Positions 12,351 through 24,730 of a stretch of DNA of 64,000 bases are shown in pieces. Source of the stretch: Octopus vulgaris (Eukaryota); contig OX597828.1 of assembly GCA_951406725.2 (NCBI GenBank), forward strand, positions 44,578,001 through 44,642,000, given 5' to 3'. Position 1 is the first letter of the stretch; every line of letters begins with the position of its first letter. The translations under genes and the position numbers were made by a program. Under the pieces are notes generated by a model that was not told where the DNA came from, did no database searches, and saw only the letters and a list, made by a program, of their open reading frames with translations.

Positions 12351-13337
12351 GAAATCGAGCCATTTGTTGGTGAGACTCTACTAAAACAGTGGGATAAATT
12401 AGGTCCTCACTACAACCAGAAGCGGCCGATAACGAAGAGCAGTTTAGAGAACAGCAGCCACCACAATAGCAACAAGCCACTGTATACGCAGGCAAACAAC
12501 TTGCCAAACACTGCTCTGACACTCTCTGCTGGCCTCAATGGTTGCCCTGAACCTGGAGCTTACAATCTCACTGGTGGAGACATCTTCTCAAACCCTTTCC
12601 AAGGCGGGCCGATGAGCGCGAAGGGCCTGGTTGCAGGCTCGAAACAGAGCGGCAACATCAACCAGTTCCTCGGCCCGCACAGCTTTGGCATGTCTGGTAA
12701 TGCAAACATGCTGAAAGGTGGTGGTGGTGGTGGTGGCGGTGGTGGTGGTTATGGTGGTGGTGGTGGTGGCGGCGGCAAAGGTGGCCCTTCTTCTTCTGCT
12801 AATCATCACTATAGCAACAAACATGGAAATGGTAACTATGGCAACGCCAGTGGTAGCAGCAACAGCGGCAGCAGCATCGGCAACAGCAGCCACCATCACA
12901 ACAATAACAACAACAACAACAACAACAACAATAAATATCTGTATCGAGGCGGTGGAGGAGGAGGCAACATGGCAAACTCTGCATCCCACCCGTGCAACTC
13001 CGGTGGCCACCTCCTCGGCATCTACCAGGGCCACCGCCACCAGAACATGATCGGCGGCAATGCAGCAGCAGCAGCGGCGGCAGCTGCAGCAGCAGGCCTG
13101 AACCCCATGTACATGACTCCTATGATGCAGACCCAAGCGCCACCACCGAACCATGCCACAAGCTTGCCTTCGTCTCGGCACGGCATGTCCCCCGTCGTGA
13201 TCCTACAGCGAGGCAACACCACCACAGCATCCAACAGCAGCAACAGCAACAACAACAACAACAACAGTGCTAGCAGTGGTCAACATGGTAGCAACCAATC
13301 CAAAATGGACAGCCATTCCATGTTCTCCAATTCTTAG
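12351..13337 (+). CDS. YTHDC2: YTHDC2 terminal coding exon: end of YTH plus long low-complexity tail
   Basis: Long poly-T then ccaacag acceptor. EIEPFVGETLLKQWDKL completes the YTH domain and the frame stays open for 328 codons to TAG at 13335-13337 (in frame with ORF 12501-13337). Confidence 0.88.
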   Translation, partial: EIEPFVGETLLKQWDKLGPHYNQKRPITKSSLENSSHHNSNKPLYTQANNLPNTALTLSAGLNGCPEPGAYNLTGGDIFSNPFQGGPMSAKGLVAGSKQSGNINQFLGPHSFGMSGNANMLKGGGGGGGGGGGYGGGGGGGGKGGPSSSANHHYSNKHGNGNYGNASGSSNSGSSIGNSSHHHNNNNNNNNNNNKYLYRGGGGGGNMANSASHPCNSGGHLLGIYQGHRHQNMIGGNAAAAAAAAAAAGLNPMYMTPMMQTQAPPPNHATSLPSSRHGMSPVVILQRGNTTTASNSSNSNNNNNNSASSGQHGSNQSKMDSHSMFSNS

Positions 13338-13364
13338 TAATTCTGAGAATAGATACATGTAAAT

Positions 13365-13371
13365 GTGTGCA

Positions 13372-13423
<52 letters not shown>

Positions 13424-13503
13424 TATATATATGTATGTATGTATGTGTGTAGGTATGTATATATGTGTTTCTATATATGTGTGTGTATATATGTGTTTAT
13501 ATA

Positions 13504-13556
<53 letters not shown>

Positions 13557-14047
13557 CTATATATTTATATATATTCACATATATACACACACATGTATGT
13601 ATGCATGTATATATTAAAATATATATATATATTTCTATATATGCACACACACTCACACACTTTTTCATTATCCCCAGTTGTAGCTTATTTATAACTTAAC
13701 TTGCTGACACCTTGAGAAAGGCATGAACATCACAGCTTAACTTTTCCACAGACAGATGATATGTATGTATGTATGCATGTATGAATCTATTATGCTGACA
13801 TGTGTAATAAGGTAGGCTGTGTAGGTGGGCTTTGTGCCTTTCAAATCCAGCCCTGCTCCCTCATTCAGACAAACTTTATTCTTTAAATCCCATGCATGTT
13901 TGTTATATTTAAGACAGACATATATTGAGGCACCCTTCTGCATGTGCATCAGTGTTTGTGTATATGCATGTATGCATATATGGGTGTCTATACATTCATA
14001 TATGTATATATACGCACACACATGTACATTCATACACATGTGAGTGC

Positions 14048-14079
<32 letters not shown>

Positions 14080-14160
14080 ATATATATGTATGTATATATG
14101 TATGTATGTATATATGTATGTATGTATATATGTATGTATATATATATGTATATATATATG

Positions 14161-14199
<39 letters not shown>

Positions 14200-14206
14200 T
14201 TATATA

Positions 14207-14239
<33 letters not shown>

Positions 14240-14282
14240 CTATATATATATATGTATATATATATCTGTATATATATATGTG

Positions 14283-14313
<31 letters not shown>

Positions 14314-14412
14314 GTGTATATATATATATGTGTATATATATATATATATGTGTATATATGTATATATATGTATATATATATATATATGTATATATATGTA
14401 TATATATATATG

Positions 14413-14443
<31 letters not shown>

Positions 14444-14470
14444 GTATATATTTATATATGTATATATGTG
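13365..14470. repeat. (TA)n/(TATG)n microsatellite blocks just after the YTHDC2 stop
   Basis: Directly visible; source of the YI-repeat ORFs. Confidence 0.95.
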
Positions 14471-15267
14471 CATACACTCACATCTGATGCAGGATTTTCA
14501 TAACTATTTTCATTCCTTTTTTTTTTCTCTTATGTCCCATTTTTCTTACATTCTCTCCATTCCCTGTACGCCCAACCATTTTTGATCTACAACCACCATA
14601 CGGTTAAAGACACACAACCCCCTCCCCCCACTCATCTCTCTTCTCTGCAAGTTCTCAAACCGCAACACGCTTAAAGACACCCCTCCCCCTCTCTCCCCCA
14701 CATCTGTCTTCTGCCAGTTCTTACAATGACGTTACCATCACATGCACACCCCAATATCTTGGCATGTTTGACCCCTTTCCTTTATTCTCCCCCCTTACAA
14801 TACGTGAAATTATCCATTAATCGATATCAATCAAATACCCGTAAATCAATACTTTTATAATGCAGATACACACACACACACACACGCTCACACAAACACA
14901 TGCCTACATACACACACACACACACACCAGTCATTGTTACCATTTGTTACAATAACCAAAATGTCATCAGTAGTTCTCTTAATTCTCACTAATATAAAAC
15001 CCTGTAATCCTTATTTCTTTCCATGGATCAAACTAATACAAAACTAGGGCTACCTAACCATCTTCCTACTTCGTTACAGTAGGGTAGGCTGGGGTGGGGA
15101 CTAATTGGGGGTGGGAAAGGAGAACTTTGGATGGTGGGTATGTCGGCAACATACAGACTTAGATATCCATAATAATAGTATTCCTCTTGTCGGTGGTGCA
15201 GGGACTAGACTAGACTCTGAAAGTGAAAGTGCTGCTGTTAGCAACATACATCAGTCGTTCTTTACAA

Positions 15268-16080
15268 AAGTACTCTTGTCTATGTCATACACCAGTCATT
15301 TATTTTAAAAGTACTCCTGTCTGTGACACAGGGACAAGAAACAGAATATGGAAATACTCTTGTCTATGTCATACACCAGTCATTTATTTTAAAAGTACTC
15401 CTGTCTGTGACACAGGGACAAGAAACAGAATATGGAAATACTCTTGTCTATGTCATACACCAGTCATTTATTTTAAAAGTACTCCTGTCTGTGACACAGG
15501 GACAAGAAACAGAATATGGAAATACTCTTGTCTATGTCATACACCAGTCATTTATTTTAAAAGTACTCCTGTCTGTGACACGGGTACAAGAAACAGAATA
15601 TGGAAATACTCCTGTGTTTGTCATACACCAGTCATTCATTCTGAAAGTACTCCTTTCAATGAAACGGGGACAAGATACAGAATGTGGAAATACTCCTCTC
15701 AGTGTTATATACCATACATTCATTTTGAAAGTACTCCTGTCCGTGACACAAGGATAAGATGCGGAATATGGAAATACTCTTGTCTATGTCATACACCAGT
15801 CATTCATTCTGAAAGTACTCCTTTCAATGAAACGGGGACAAGATACAGAATATGAAAATACTCTTCTGAGTGTCATATACCATAGATTCATTTTGAAAGT
15901 ACTCCTGTCCGTGACACAAGGATAAGATGCAGAATATGGAAATACTCTTGTCTATGTCATACACCAGTCATTCATTCTGAAAGTACTCCTTTCAATGAAA
16001 CAGGGACAAGATACAGAATGTGGAAATACTCCTCTGTGTCACATACCATACATTCATTTTGAAAGTACTCCTGTCAGTGT
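15268..16080. repeat. 84-bp minisatellite, about 9.5 units, 168-bp higher-order period in right half
   Basis: AAAGTACTCCT recurs every 84 bp; first four units near-identical, later units alternate two variants. Confidence 0.93.
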
Positions 16081-16586
16081 TACAAACTTAATAAAGTACT
16101 CCTGTTTGTAATACATGGATTCGTCACTGAAAACAGAATTTACTCTCGTTAGAGACCCACCCACTTAACGTCATTCTGAAAACACTTCTCAATACGCCAA
16201 TGTTCCGTTACGACTACACCAAAATACTACCCCCATCATTTATTTAGAAATTCTCTCTTTCATATCCTCATTTGATTGTTCTGTATTCAGTTCCATCATA
16301 TTCTTTTGTTTCCAGCTACAAAGCTATCATTGCGTTTACATGACTGCTCAACCTGCTAGAAATCACAGCTAAATCTCTCTTTCTTTCTCTCTTTTTTGTT
16401 TTATGCTTTACTAACTTAAAGCAAGGAAGGACTCATTGGTTGATGTTGTCGTAAAAAAAAAAGCCAGGACAATCATGGCTGGATTGCCTTCGATCACAGG
16501 TTTTGCTTGGTCAACAACATGGAACCATCACAAACCCCACTTACCCTTGTTAGACACCACAATCTCTGCAACTCATTGGTGTAGTA

Positions 16587-16622
<36 letters not shown>

Positions 16623-17390
16623 TCTCACATGCACACACGCACACTCGGGCACTACTTTCTGTGCGTCATTTCAGATCTATTTCTCTGTGACCTGGGGCAG
16701 TTCTTGGAAGTTCGTCAGCAGTTTCCTTATAATTGCTCTGAAAGTTTTTTTTGTTTTTTTTTTCTAAATTTAAAAAAAAAATTCTTGTTTGTATGTTTGT
16801 TTTTTGCTTTATTTTTATTTGTATTTTATTTATATATATTTTTTTTTTAAATGCCACATCACCATATGTGATCTCGGTCAGAAATTGAATGCCATCAAAA
16901 TATGAATTATTTATGATATTAACAGTAAAATTAAAAAGTAAATAATATAAAAATATATTATAAAATACCACAGAGAGAGCGAGAGAGACAGACAGACAGA
17001 CAGACAGTGAGAATGAAAGAGAGAGAGAAAGAATGCATGTGTTAGTGAGGTAGACCTGTGTGTGTGAGACAGACAGACAGACAGACAGACAGAGCGAGAC
17101 AAACCTATTATATTGAAACGTGTTATACTGGTTCATATCAAATCAGTCTTCATAATTTCAATTTACTGACCCTTCAGAAGTTACCTGCCTGAAGATTAAG
17201 AAGAAGAAGGGATAGGTTAGAATGGGGCTGAGTTGTTCCTAAACCAATCCCTCCCCTTTTGGTAACATAAGTAAAAAGTAGACGATGGTCTTCAGTGAGG
17301 GACCTACATGTTCCCCTGTTTTTTGGGAAATTTTTTTTTTAAGATTTACAGGACATTTTTTATTAATCATCACCATCATCATCATCGTCA

Positions 17391-17432
<42 letters not shown>

Positions 17433-20400
17433 GAGGTTAGCTGGTAGAATCATTAGCATGCCAGGTGAAATGTTTAGCGGCGTGTCGATAAATTTAGTAC
17501 CGGTTAGCATGCTGGGGAAAAAATACTTAGAGGCAATTTGCCCATCCTTATGTTCGACTTTGCCTTTCATCCTTTAGTCTACTAAAGGGTCATTATTATT
17601 AAAGTGGCAACCTGGCGGAATTATTAGTACACCAGGCAAAATGTCTTTATGTTCCGAGTTCAAGTTCCGCCAGGATGGTCTTTGTCTTTCAGCCTTTCAG
17701 GGTCAATAAATTAAGTACCAGTAAAACACTGGGGGTCGATGTAATTGACTCGTCCCTTCCCCCAAAATTTCAGGCCTTGTGTCTTTTGTAGAAAAGGGTC
17801 ATTATTATTAAAGTGGCAAGCTGGCAGAATCATTAGTACACCAGGTCAGGCGAAATGTCTTTATGTTCTGTGTTCAAATGCTGCCGAGATGGACCTTGCC
17901 TTCCATCCTTTCGGGGTCGACAAAATAAGTACCAGTGAAACACTGGGGGTCGATATAATTGACAAGTCCCCTCCCCCAAAATTTCAGGCCTTGTGTCTTT
18001 AGTAGAAAGGATAATTATTATTATTGTTATTATTATTATTATCAGCATCATCATCATCATGACAGTAGATTGGTAAAATCATTAGAGCACTGATGGGGGT
18101 GGGGTGGGGGGGGGGGAGGGCTGGTGGGGGGGGTGCATTAAATATACCTTGATACCTTGTGGTATTAGTTCTTACTCGTTGCCTCCCGAGTTCAGATCCT
18201 ATCGAGGCAAATTTTTTGCCTCTCATCCCTCCAGGGCCATCTAAAATGTAGCAGTAGTCAAACACTATATATAACTGCCCAATCCTTCTCCCCCCCCCCC
18301 CCAAAAAAAAAAAACAAACCAAAACCCAAATCTTCTAGGTGATGATCCTCTTTGCGGAACATTTATTGTTGTTCTATGTATTCTTTTACGATTAAATGCC
18401 AAATTCTTTATTATTCCACCAGTAATTTTATAAATTAATGGCCAGTTTGCAAAGACTGTCTTTCACAAATTTTTTATTGCAAAAGTTTTTTTCTTATAAA
18501 TATTTTTTTTTTTTCTTTAGCCAAATTAATTACAAGTAAAACTTACTTTAATTTGTGGTTGCTTTTTCAATAGTTATTTTTATATATATATATTTTCCCC
18601 TTCAATTTGTTTATTTTCTAAATAATTTATGATCTGTTAACAAGTATTGAATTCTTTCAATCTGAAAGTTTGGAGTTTTGTTAATTAAAATTACTTAGGT
18701 ATTTCTGCATATAATTTATTGATTAATTAAATCATCAATACTGATTATTGCCAGGAGCAGTCTACTTTGTTTTTGTTTTTTTTTCTCTTTTGTTTATTTT
18801 TTTTTTGTTTATTAGAATTAACACCAACCCATTTGACTAAAAAATTCTTTAAGGCAGAACCCCAAAATGGTTGTAATCAAAATGACTGAAACAAGCAAAA
18901 GATAAAAGATATTATTTCTAATCTAGATTAGATTAGATCCCCCCCCCCCCAGCTGGATGGGACGCCAGTCCATTGCAGCGTTACCCAAGAAACAGGAAGG
19001 AAGAGTGAGAGAAAGTTGGAGCGAAAGAGTACAACAGGGGTCACCACCAACCCCTGCCGGAGCCCCGTAGAGCTTTAGGTGTTTTCACTCAATAAACACA
19101 CACAACGCCCAGTCTGGGAATTGAAGCCGCGATCCTCCGACCGCGAGTCCACTGCCCTAACCACTGGGCCATTGCGCCTCCACTAATGTTCAGATTACTT
19201 AATCAAATGTAATACTTATTTGTATTATTTTGAATTAATTAAAGGTGGCAAACTGGCAGACTTGTTAACATGCCAGGTAAAATGTTTGGTGGCTTTTTGT
19301 CTGTCTTCGTGTTCTGAGTTCAAACTCCACCGAGGTTGACTTTACCTTTCCTCCTTTCAGAATTGATAAATTAAGTACCAGTGAAACACCAGGGGTCAAA
19401 GTAATCGACTAGTCCCCTCCCCCAAAATTTCAGGCCTTGCGCCTAGAGGCTAGAAAGGCTTATTCTGTATTAATTTAAGGCAGCGAGCTGGCAACATTGT
19501 TAGCATGCTGAGTAAAATGCATAGCAGCATTTTGTCCATGTTTATGTTCTAGGTTCAAATTCCCCTTGGGTCAGCTTTGCCTTTCATCCTTTCAGGGTCG
19601 ATAAATTAAGTACCAAACCCCCACCCAAAATTTCAGGCCTTGTGCCTTTAGTAGAAAGGATTATTTTGAACTAATCTTGCATTAGGTGTAGGAGTGGCTG
19701 TGTGGTAAGTAGCTTGTTTATGAGCCACATGGTTCTGGGTTCTGTCCCACTGCGTGGCACCTTGGGCAACTGTCTTCTACTATAGCCTCGGGTCGACCAA
19801 AGCCTTGTGAGTGGATTTGGTAGATGTAAACTGAAAGAAGCCCATCGTATATATGTATATATATTTGTGTGTCTGTGTTTGTCCCCCCAACATCGCCTAA
19901 CATCTGATGCTGGTGTGTTTACGTCCCCGTGACTTAGCAGTTCGGCAAAAGAAACCGATAGAATAAGTACTAGGCTTATAAAGGATAAGTCCTGGGGTCG
20001 ATTTGCTCGACTAAAGGCGGTGCTCCAGCATGGCCACAGTCAAACGTCTGGAACAAGTAAAAGAGTTATCTTGTAGATTTCACTGATATGATTATTTACT
20101 TTTAGAATAGCATTGTAGGTTAGGTACAAGAAGCCAGATCTTGCCAATTTGAACATGAAACAAGCAGAATATTTGGGTCTGTTGGGGCCAGCATAAACCT
20201 TTAGCTATCACATCAAATGCAATGTTTATTTATTCACATTATTGTGAATGAATCCTGCATCAGCTCATAGCTTTGATATTTCAACAAAGTGATGGTTTAT
20301 TTTTTTAGAATGACATTGTAAGGTAGGTGTGAGAGGTCGAATGTGACTGGCTTTGAACATGTAGCAGATAGACTATCTGGGCCTGATATGGCTGGTTTAA

Positions 20401-21325
20401 CTGCTAAAGGGTTAGCATAAATGTTATTTTGTTCTCAAATTCTTCACTTCACAGCTGCTCAAATTCTTCACTTCACAGCTGCTCAAATTCTTCACTTTTG
20501 TTTACCAACAAAGTCAGCACTTGTCAAATGCAGAAAGGCCTAATTATAACAACTAAAGCCTCATAGATATACAGAGTAAACTGAAAGTTGCTTTGCCATC
20601 TTGTTTATTATAGAAGTGAAGGTAAAACAACTTAAAGCCCACATTGTACAATTACAGCTTGCATGTTGGTCTGTCTTCTACCTTGTCACAGTTGACTGAG
20701 TTCCTAGATTTTCTCAAGATCCTTAACCATCTTGCATTCAGATTATACTGTCAAATGTAAAACTTATTTATCCACACTGCTTGGAATCAACCATGCATTA
20801 TCTTGTAGCTTTGAAATTTCCATGATGTGATTGTTTATATTTACAGTGACATTGTCGGATAAGTATGAGAGGCCAGTTTGAACACACAGAACAGGTAGAA
20901 TATTTTGGCCCCGACATGGCTGGCTTGAATGCTAAAGGGCCTATCTCTTGTGTTTGTCACAACAAAGACATAACCCTTCAGTCTTGATTTTGTGTATCTC
21001 CACAGTCTCAGCTCCTTTAGTCTGGTGCCTAGTCACAGACCCAGCTCCCCTGTGTGCCTGGTTACAGCAGACCCAGCTTCTTAGATGTACAGCTAAGTTC
21101 CAACATGTCAGTTTGTCTTAAAAGCCACTTTATGTTTCAGATGCTATGTCTTTGGTAAGAATCCTAACTGAATGCTGTATGACAAAATATATGACCTAAG
21201 ACATGTGATGAGTTGCATTTTAAGTACCAGTCAATCACTGGGGTCAATGTAATCGACTAATGCCCTCCCCACAACATTTCAGAACTTGTGCCTATAGTGG
21301 AAAGGATTATTATTGTTATTATTAA

Positions 21326-21547
21326 CCCTTTCAATACCACCCTGGCTGAAACTGCCTCTGGCTCTACGATACAAATGTCTTGTTTTCATAGGTTTTGAAT
21401 TAATATCTTCCATCAAACCTTAGTCACAGTTTATGTTCCTAACACTACCTTAATGATAACTAAGCTATTTCACAAAATTCTTTGTTATATTTAGAATTAA
21501 TTAAAAGAAACACAGGACATCTCAAAATAAATTCGGTAATGAAAAGG
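21326..21547. mobile_element. piggyBac-like MITE
   Basis: TTAA at 21322-21325 and 21548-21551 flanking imperfect TIRs CCCTTTCAATACC / GGTAATGAAAAGG; inverted partial copy ends near 5128. Confidence 0.7.
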
Positions 21548-21745
21548 TTAAGGCAGCAAGCTAGCAGAATTGTCAGCACGACAGTTAAAATGCTTAGTGG
21601 TATTTTGTCCATCATCAGATTCTGAGTTCAAATTCTGCTGAGGTTTCCTCTCTCTTTCATCCTTTCAGAGTCGATAAAATAAATATCAGTCAAGCACTGT
21701 GGTCAGTGCCCTCCCCCCAGAATTTTAAGTGCCTACACTAGAAAG

Positions 21746-22028
21746 TACATTATTTACATTTGTCCTCATCTTTGTTGTTAACACTTTCTGGCTGATATAC
21801 CCACCAGCCTTCATCAGGTGTCCTGGGGATATTTCGAACCTGGGTTCTCATTCCTAAGGTATTTTTCAATGTTATAATAACATCTAAAAATACCTTAGGA
21901 ATGAGAACCCAGGTTCGAAATTTCCCCAGAACACCAGCTGAAATGTGTTAACAACAAACAAGATGAGGACAAATATCCATCAAATGTAAATAATATACAT
22001 AATTCTTCATCTCTTAAATATAGAACTG
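21746..22028. mobile_element. Fold-back non-autonomous element with hammerhead-like motif, probably Penelope-derived
   Basis: Long inverted repeat centred near 21875; TSD TACACTwGAAAG; second copy at 62139-62364. Confidence 0.75.
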
Positions 22029-22041
22029 TACACTTGAAAGG

Positions 22042-22082
<41 letters not shown>

Positions 22083-24699
22083 GGCAATGAGTTGACTTAT
22101 TGTTAGCACACCAAGCAAATTGCTTAGTGGTATTTCATCTGTTTTCATGTTCCGAGTTCAAATTCCACTGAGGTCAGCTTTGCCTTTCATCTCTTCAGGG
22201 TTGATAAAATGAGTACCAGTTGAGCACTGGGGTTGCTGTGATCAACTTATCCCCTCCTGGCTTTGTTCCCAGATTTGAAATTATTATTAAGCTGGCAGAA
22301 TTGTTAACAAGCCGGGCAAAATTCCATTCAGAGTTCAAATTCCGCCGAGGTTGACTTTGGTTTTCATCCTTTCGGGGTTGATGAAATCAACTGGCCCCCC
22401 CTCTCCCAAAATTTCAGGCCTTGTGCCTATAATAGGAAGGATTATTATTATTATTATTAAGGCAGAATTCTTAGCATGCTAGACGAAATGCTTACCAGTA
22501 TTTCGCCCATCGTTATGTTCTAAGATCAAATTCTGCCAAGGTTAACTTTACCCTTTCATCCTTTTGGGATCAATCAATTAAGCACCAGTGAAACATTGGG
22601 GTTATTGTATTCAGCTAAACCCCTCCCCACAAATTTCAGGCCTTGTGCCTACAGCAGAAAGGATCATTATTATTATTATTATTGTGGTGAACTAGCAGAA
22701 TTGTTAGAATGTTCAAAAACGAGTGCTTTGCAGTATTTCAAATTCTGCTGGCGTCAGCTTTGCTTTTCATCCTTTCACCTTTGATGAAGTACAGCACCAT
22801 TCAAGTACTGGGAGTCGAAGTTGTCAACTTGCCCCCTTCCCTCAAAACAGCTAACTTTGTGCCAAAATTGCAGTATTTCATCTGCCACCACATTCTGAGT
22901 TCAAATTCTGCTGAGGTCAACTCTGCCTTTCATCCTTTCGGGGTTGATAAATTAAGTACCAGTTGCATACTGGGGTTGACCTAATCAACTGCCCCACCAC
23001 CACCACCACACTTCCTCAAAATTTCGGGTCTTGTGCTTAGAGTAGATTATTATTATTATGATCAAGGCAGAATCGTTAGCATGCTGGGCGAAATGCTTAG
23101 TAGTATTTCATCTGCCACTAGATTTCGAGTTCAAATTCCACCAAGGTTTGACTTTCAGGGTCGAATAAATTTGTACCAGTCACATACTGGGATTAATGTA
23201 ATCGACTTAATCCCTTCCCCCCAAAATCTGAGGCCTTGTGCTTCCAGTAGAAAGGATTATTGTTATTATTATTAAGGCAGTGGATTGACAGAAAGGGTCA
23301 GACAAAAGGCCTTGCAATAGTGCTTTAGTTACAACTGTTTTTGTTCTGGGTTCAAATCCTACCAAAGTCAGCTTTGCCTTTCATCCTTCTTAGATTGATA
23401 AATTCAAGTTGCCATTAAGCACAGGGTCAATTCAAATACCTCAGTTAACCCTTCTCTGCAAATGTGTTATTGTTTTGCCTTTTTTTCTGGTGAGCTGGTG
23501 GAATTGTTATTAAGCTTAACAGCATTTTTCCTGGCTTTTATGTTCTGAATTCAAATGCTGCTAGGGTACACTTTGCCTTCCATTCTTTCAGGGTAGATGA
23601 AAAAAGTACCAGCTGAGCACTGGGGTCAGTGTTATTGACTAGCTCCCTACCCCAAAATTTCAGGCCTTGTGCATAAAGTAGAAAGGATTATTATTATTAT
23701 TAAGTCAGTGTGCTGGCAGAAACGTTAGCATGCCGGACGAAATGCTTAGCAGTTTTTCGTCTGCTGCTACGTTCTGAGTTCAAATTCTGCCGAAGTTGAT
23801 TTTACCTTTCATCCTTTCGGGGTCAATAAATTAAGTACCAGTTATGCACTGGGGTCGATGTAATCGACTTAATCCCTTTGTCTGTCTTTGTTTGTCCCTT
23901 CTATGTTTAGCCCCTTGTGGGCAATAAAGAAATAAGAAACATTAGCACACCGGGCAAAATGCATTTTGGAATTTCATCCATCTTTACATTCAGGGTTCAA
24001 ATTCTGCCGAGGTGGACTTTGCCTTTCATTTTTTTGTAATCGATAAAATAAGTAGCAGTAGAATACTGGCATTGATGTAATCAACATATGCCCTCCTCCA
24101 AAATTGCTGGCTTTGTGTCAAAATCTGAAATCCTTATTATTATTATCTTTTGTTTTTTCTTGGCTTTTATCAATTTATTGTTTTAATATTCTGAGGTTAC
24201 TCTGCTGTTGCCATTTCTTCCTCCTTACTGTGAGAAAAAAGAAGAGAAAGAACGGTTAAGAGTCATTTTTATCTACTTGAAATAACAGCCAAACATTCCT
24301 CACATCACACCTTACCTTCATGAAGAGTTGACCCAGGGTTAAATAACATCAACAACAAATCACTAGAATATATTGACATAAAAACAAACAACAAATATTC
24401 AATTCTGTGTTTTTTTTGTCCAAGTTTCCCTATTTTTATCATCCAAATCACTTCATTTTAATATCTTCATGGCTCAGATGATCAAATAATTCTTTCTTAT
24501 TTCTGTTTTTTTTTTCTTTCTTTTGCAGATTCTGTTTTGTTTTGTTTTACTATTTTTATCTATGGTCAATGACCTGCTTTGAGAAAAATTCCAAAACCAC
24601 TCATAAAAGAACTAATTATAACAATGCTCTCTATTGCTACACTTTCGATGAGTTGTAGTGCACCGAAGCACTGTACACAATGTTTTATTATTATTATTA

Positions 24700-24730
<31 letters not shown>

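Noticed and set aside
15223-15855. 210-aa ORF with 28-aa repeats
   Set aside because: Follows from an 84-bp unit lacking stops; non-ATG start, no splice context, and a later unit has a stop.
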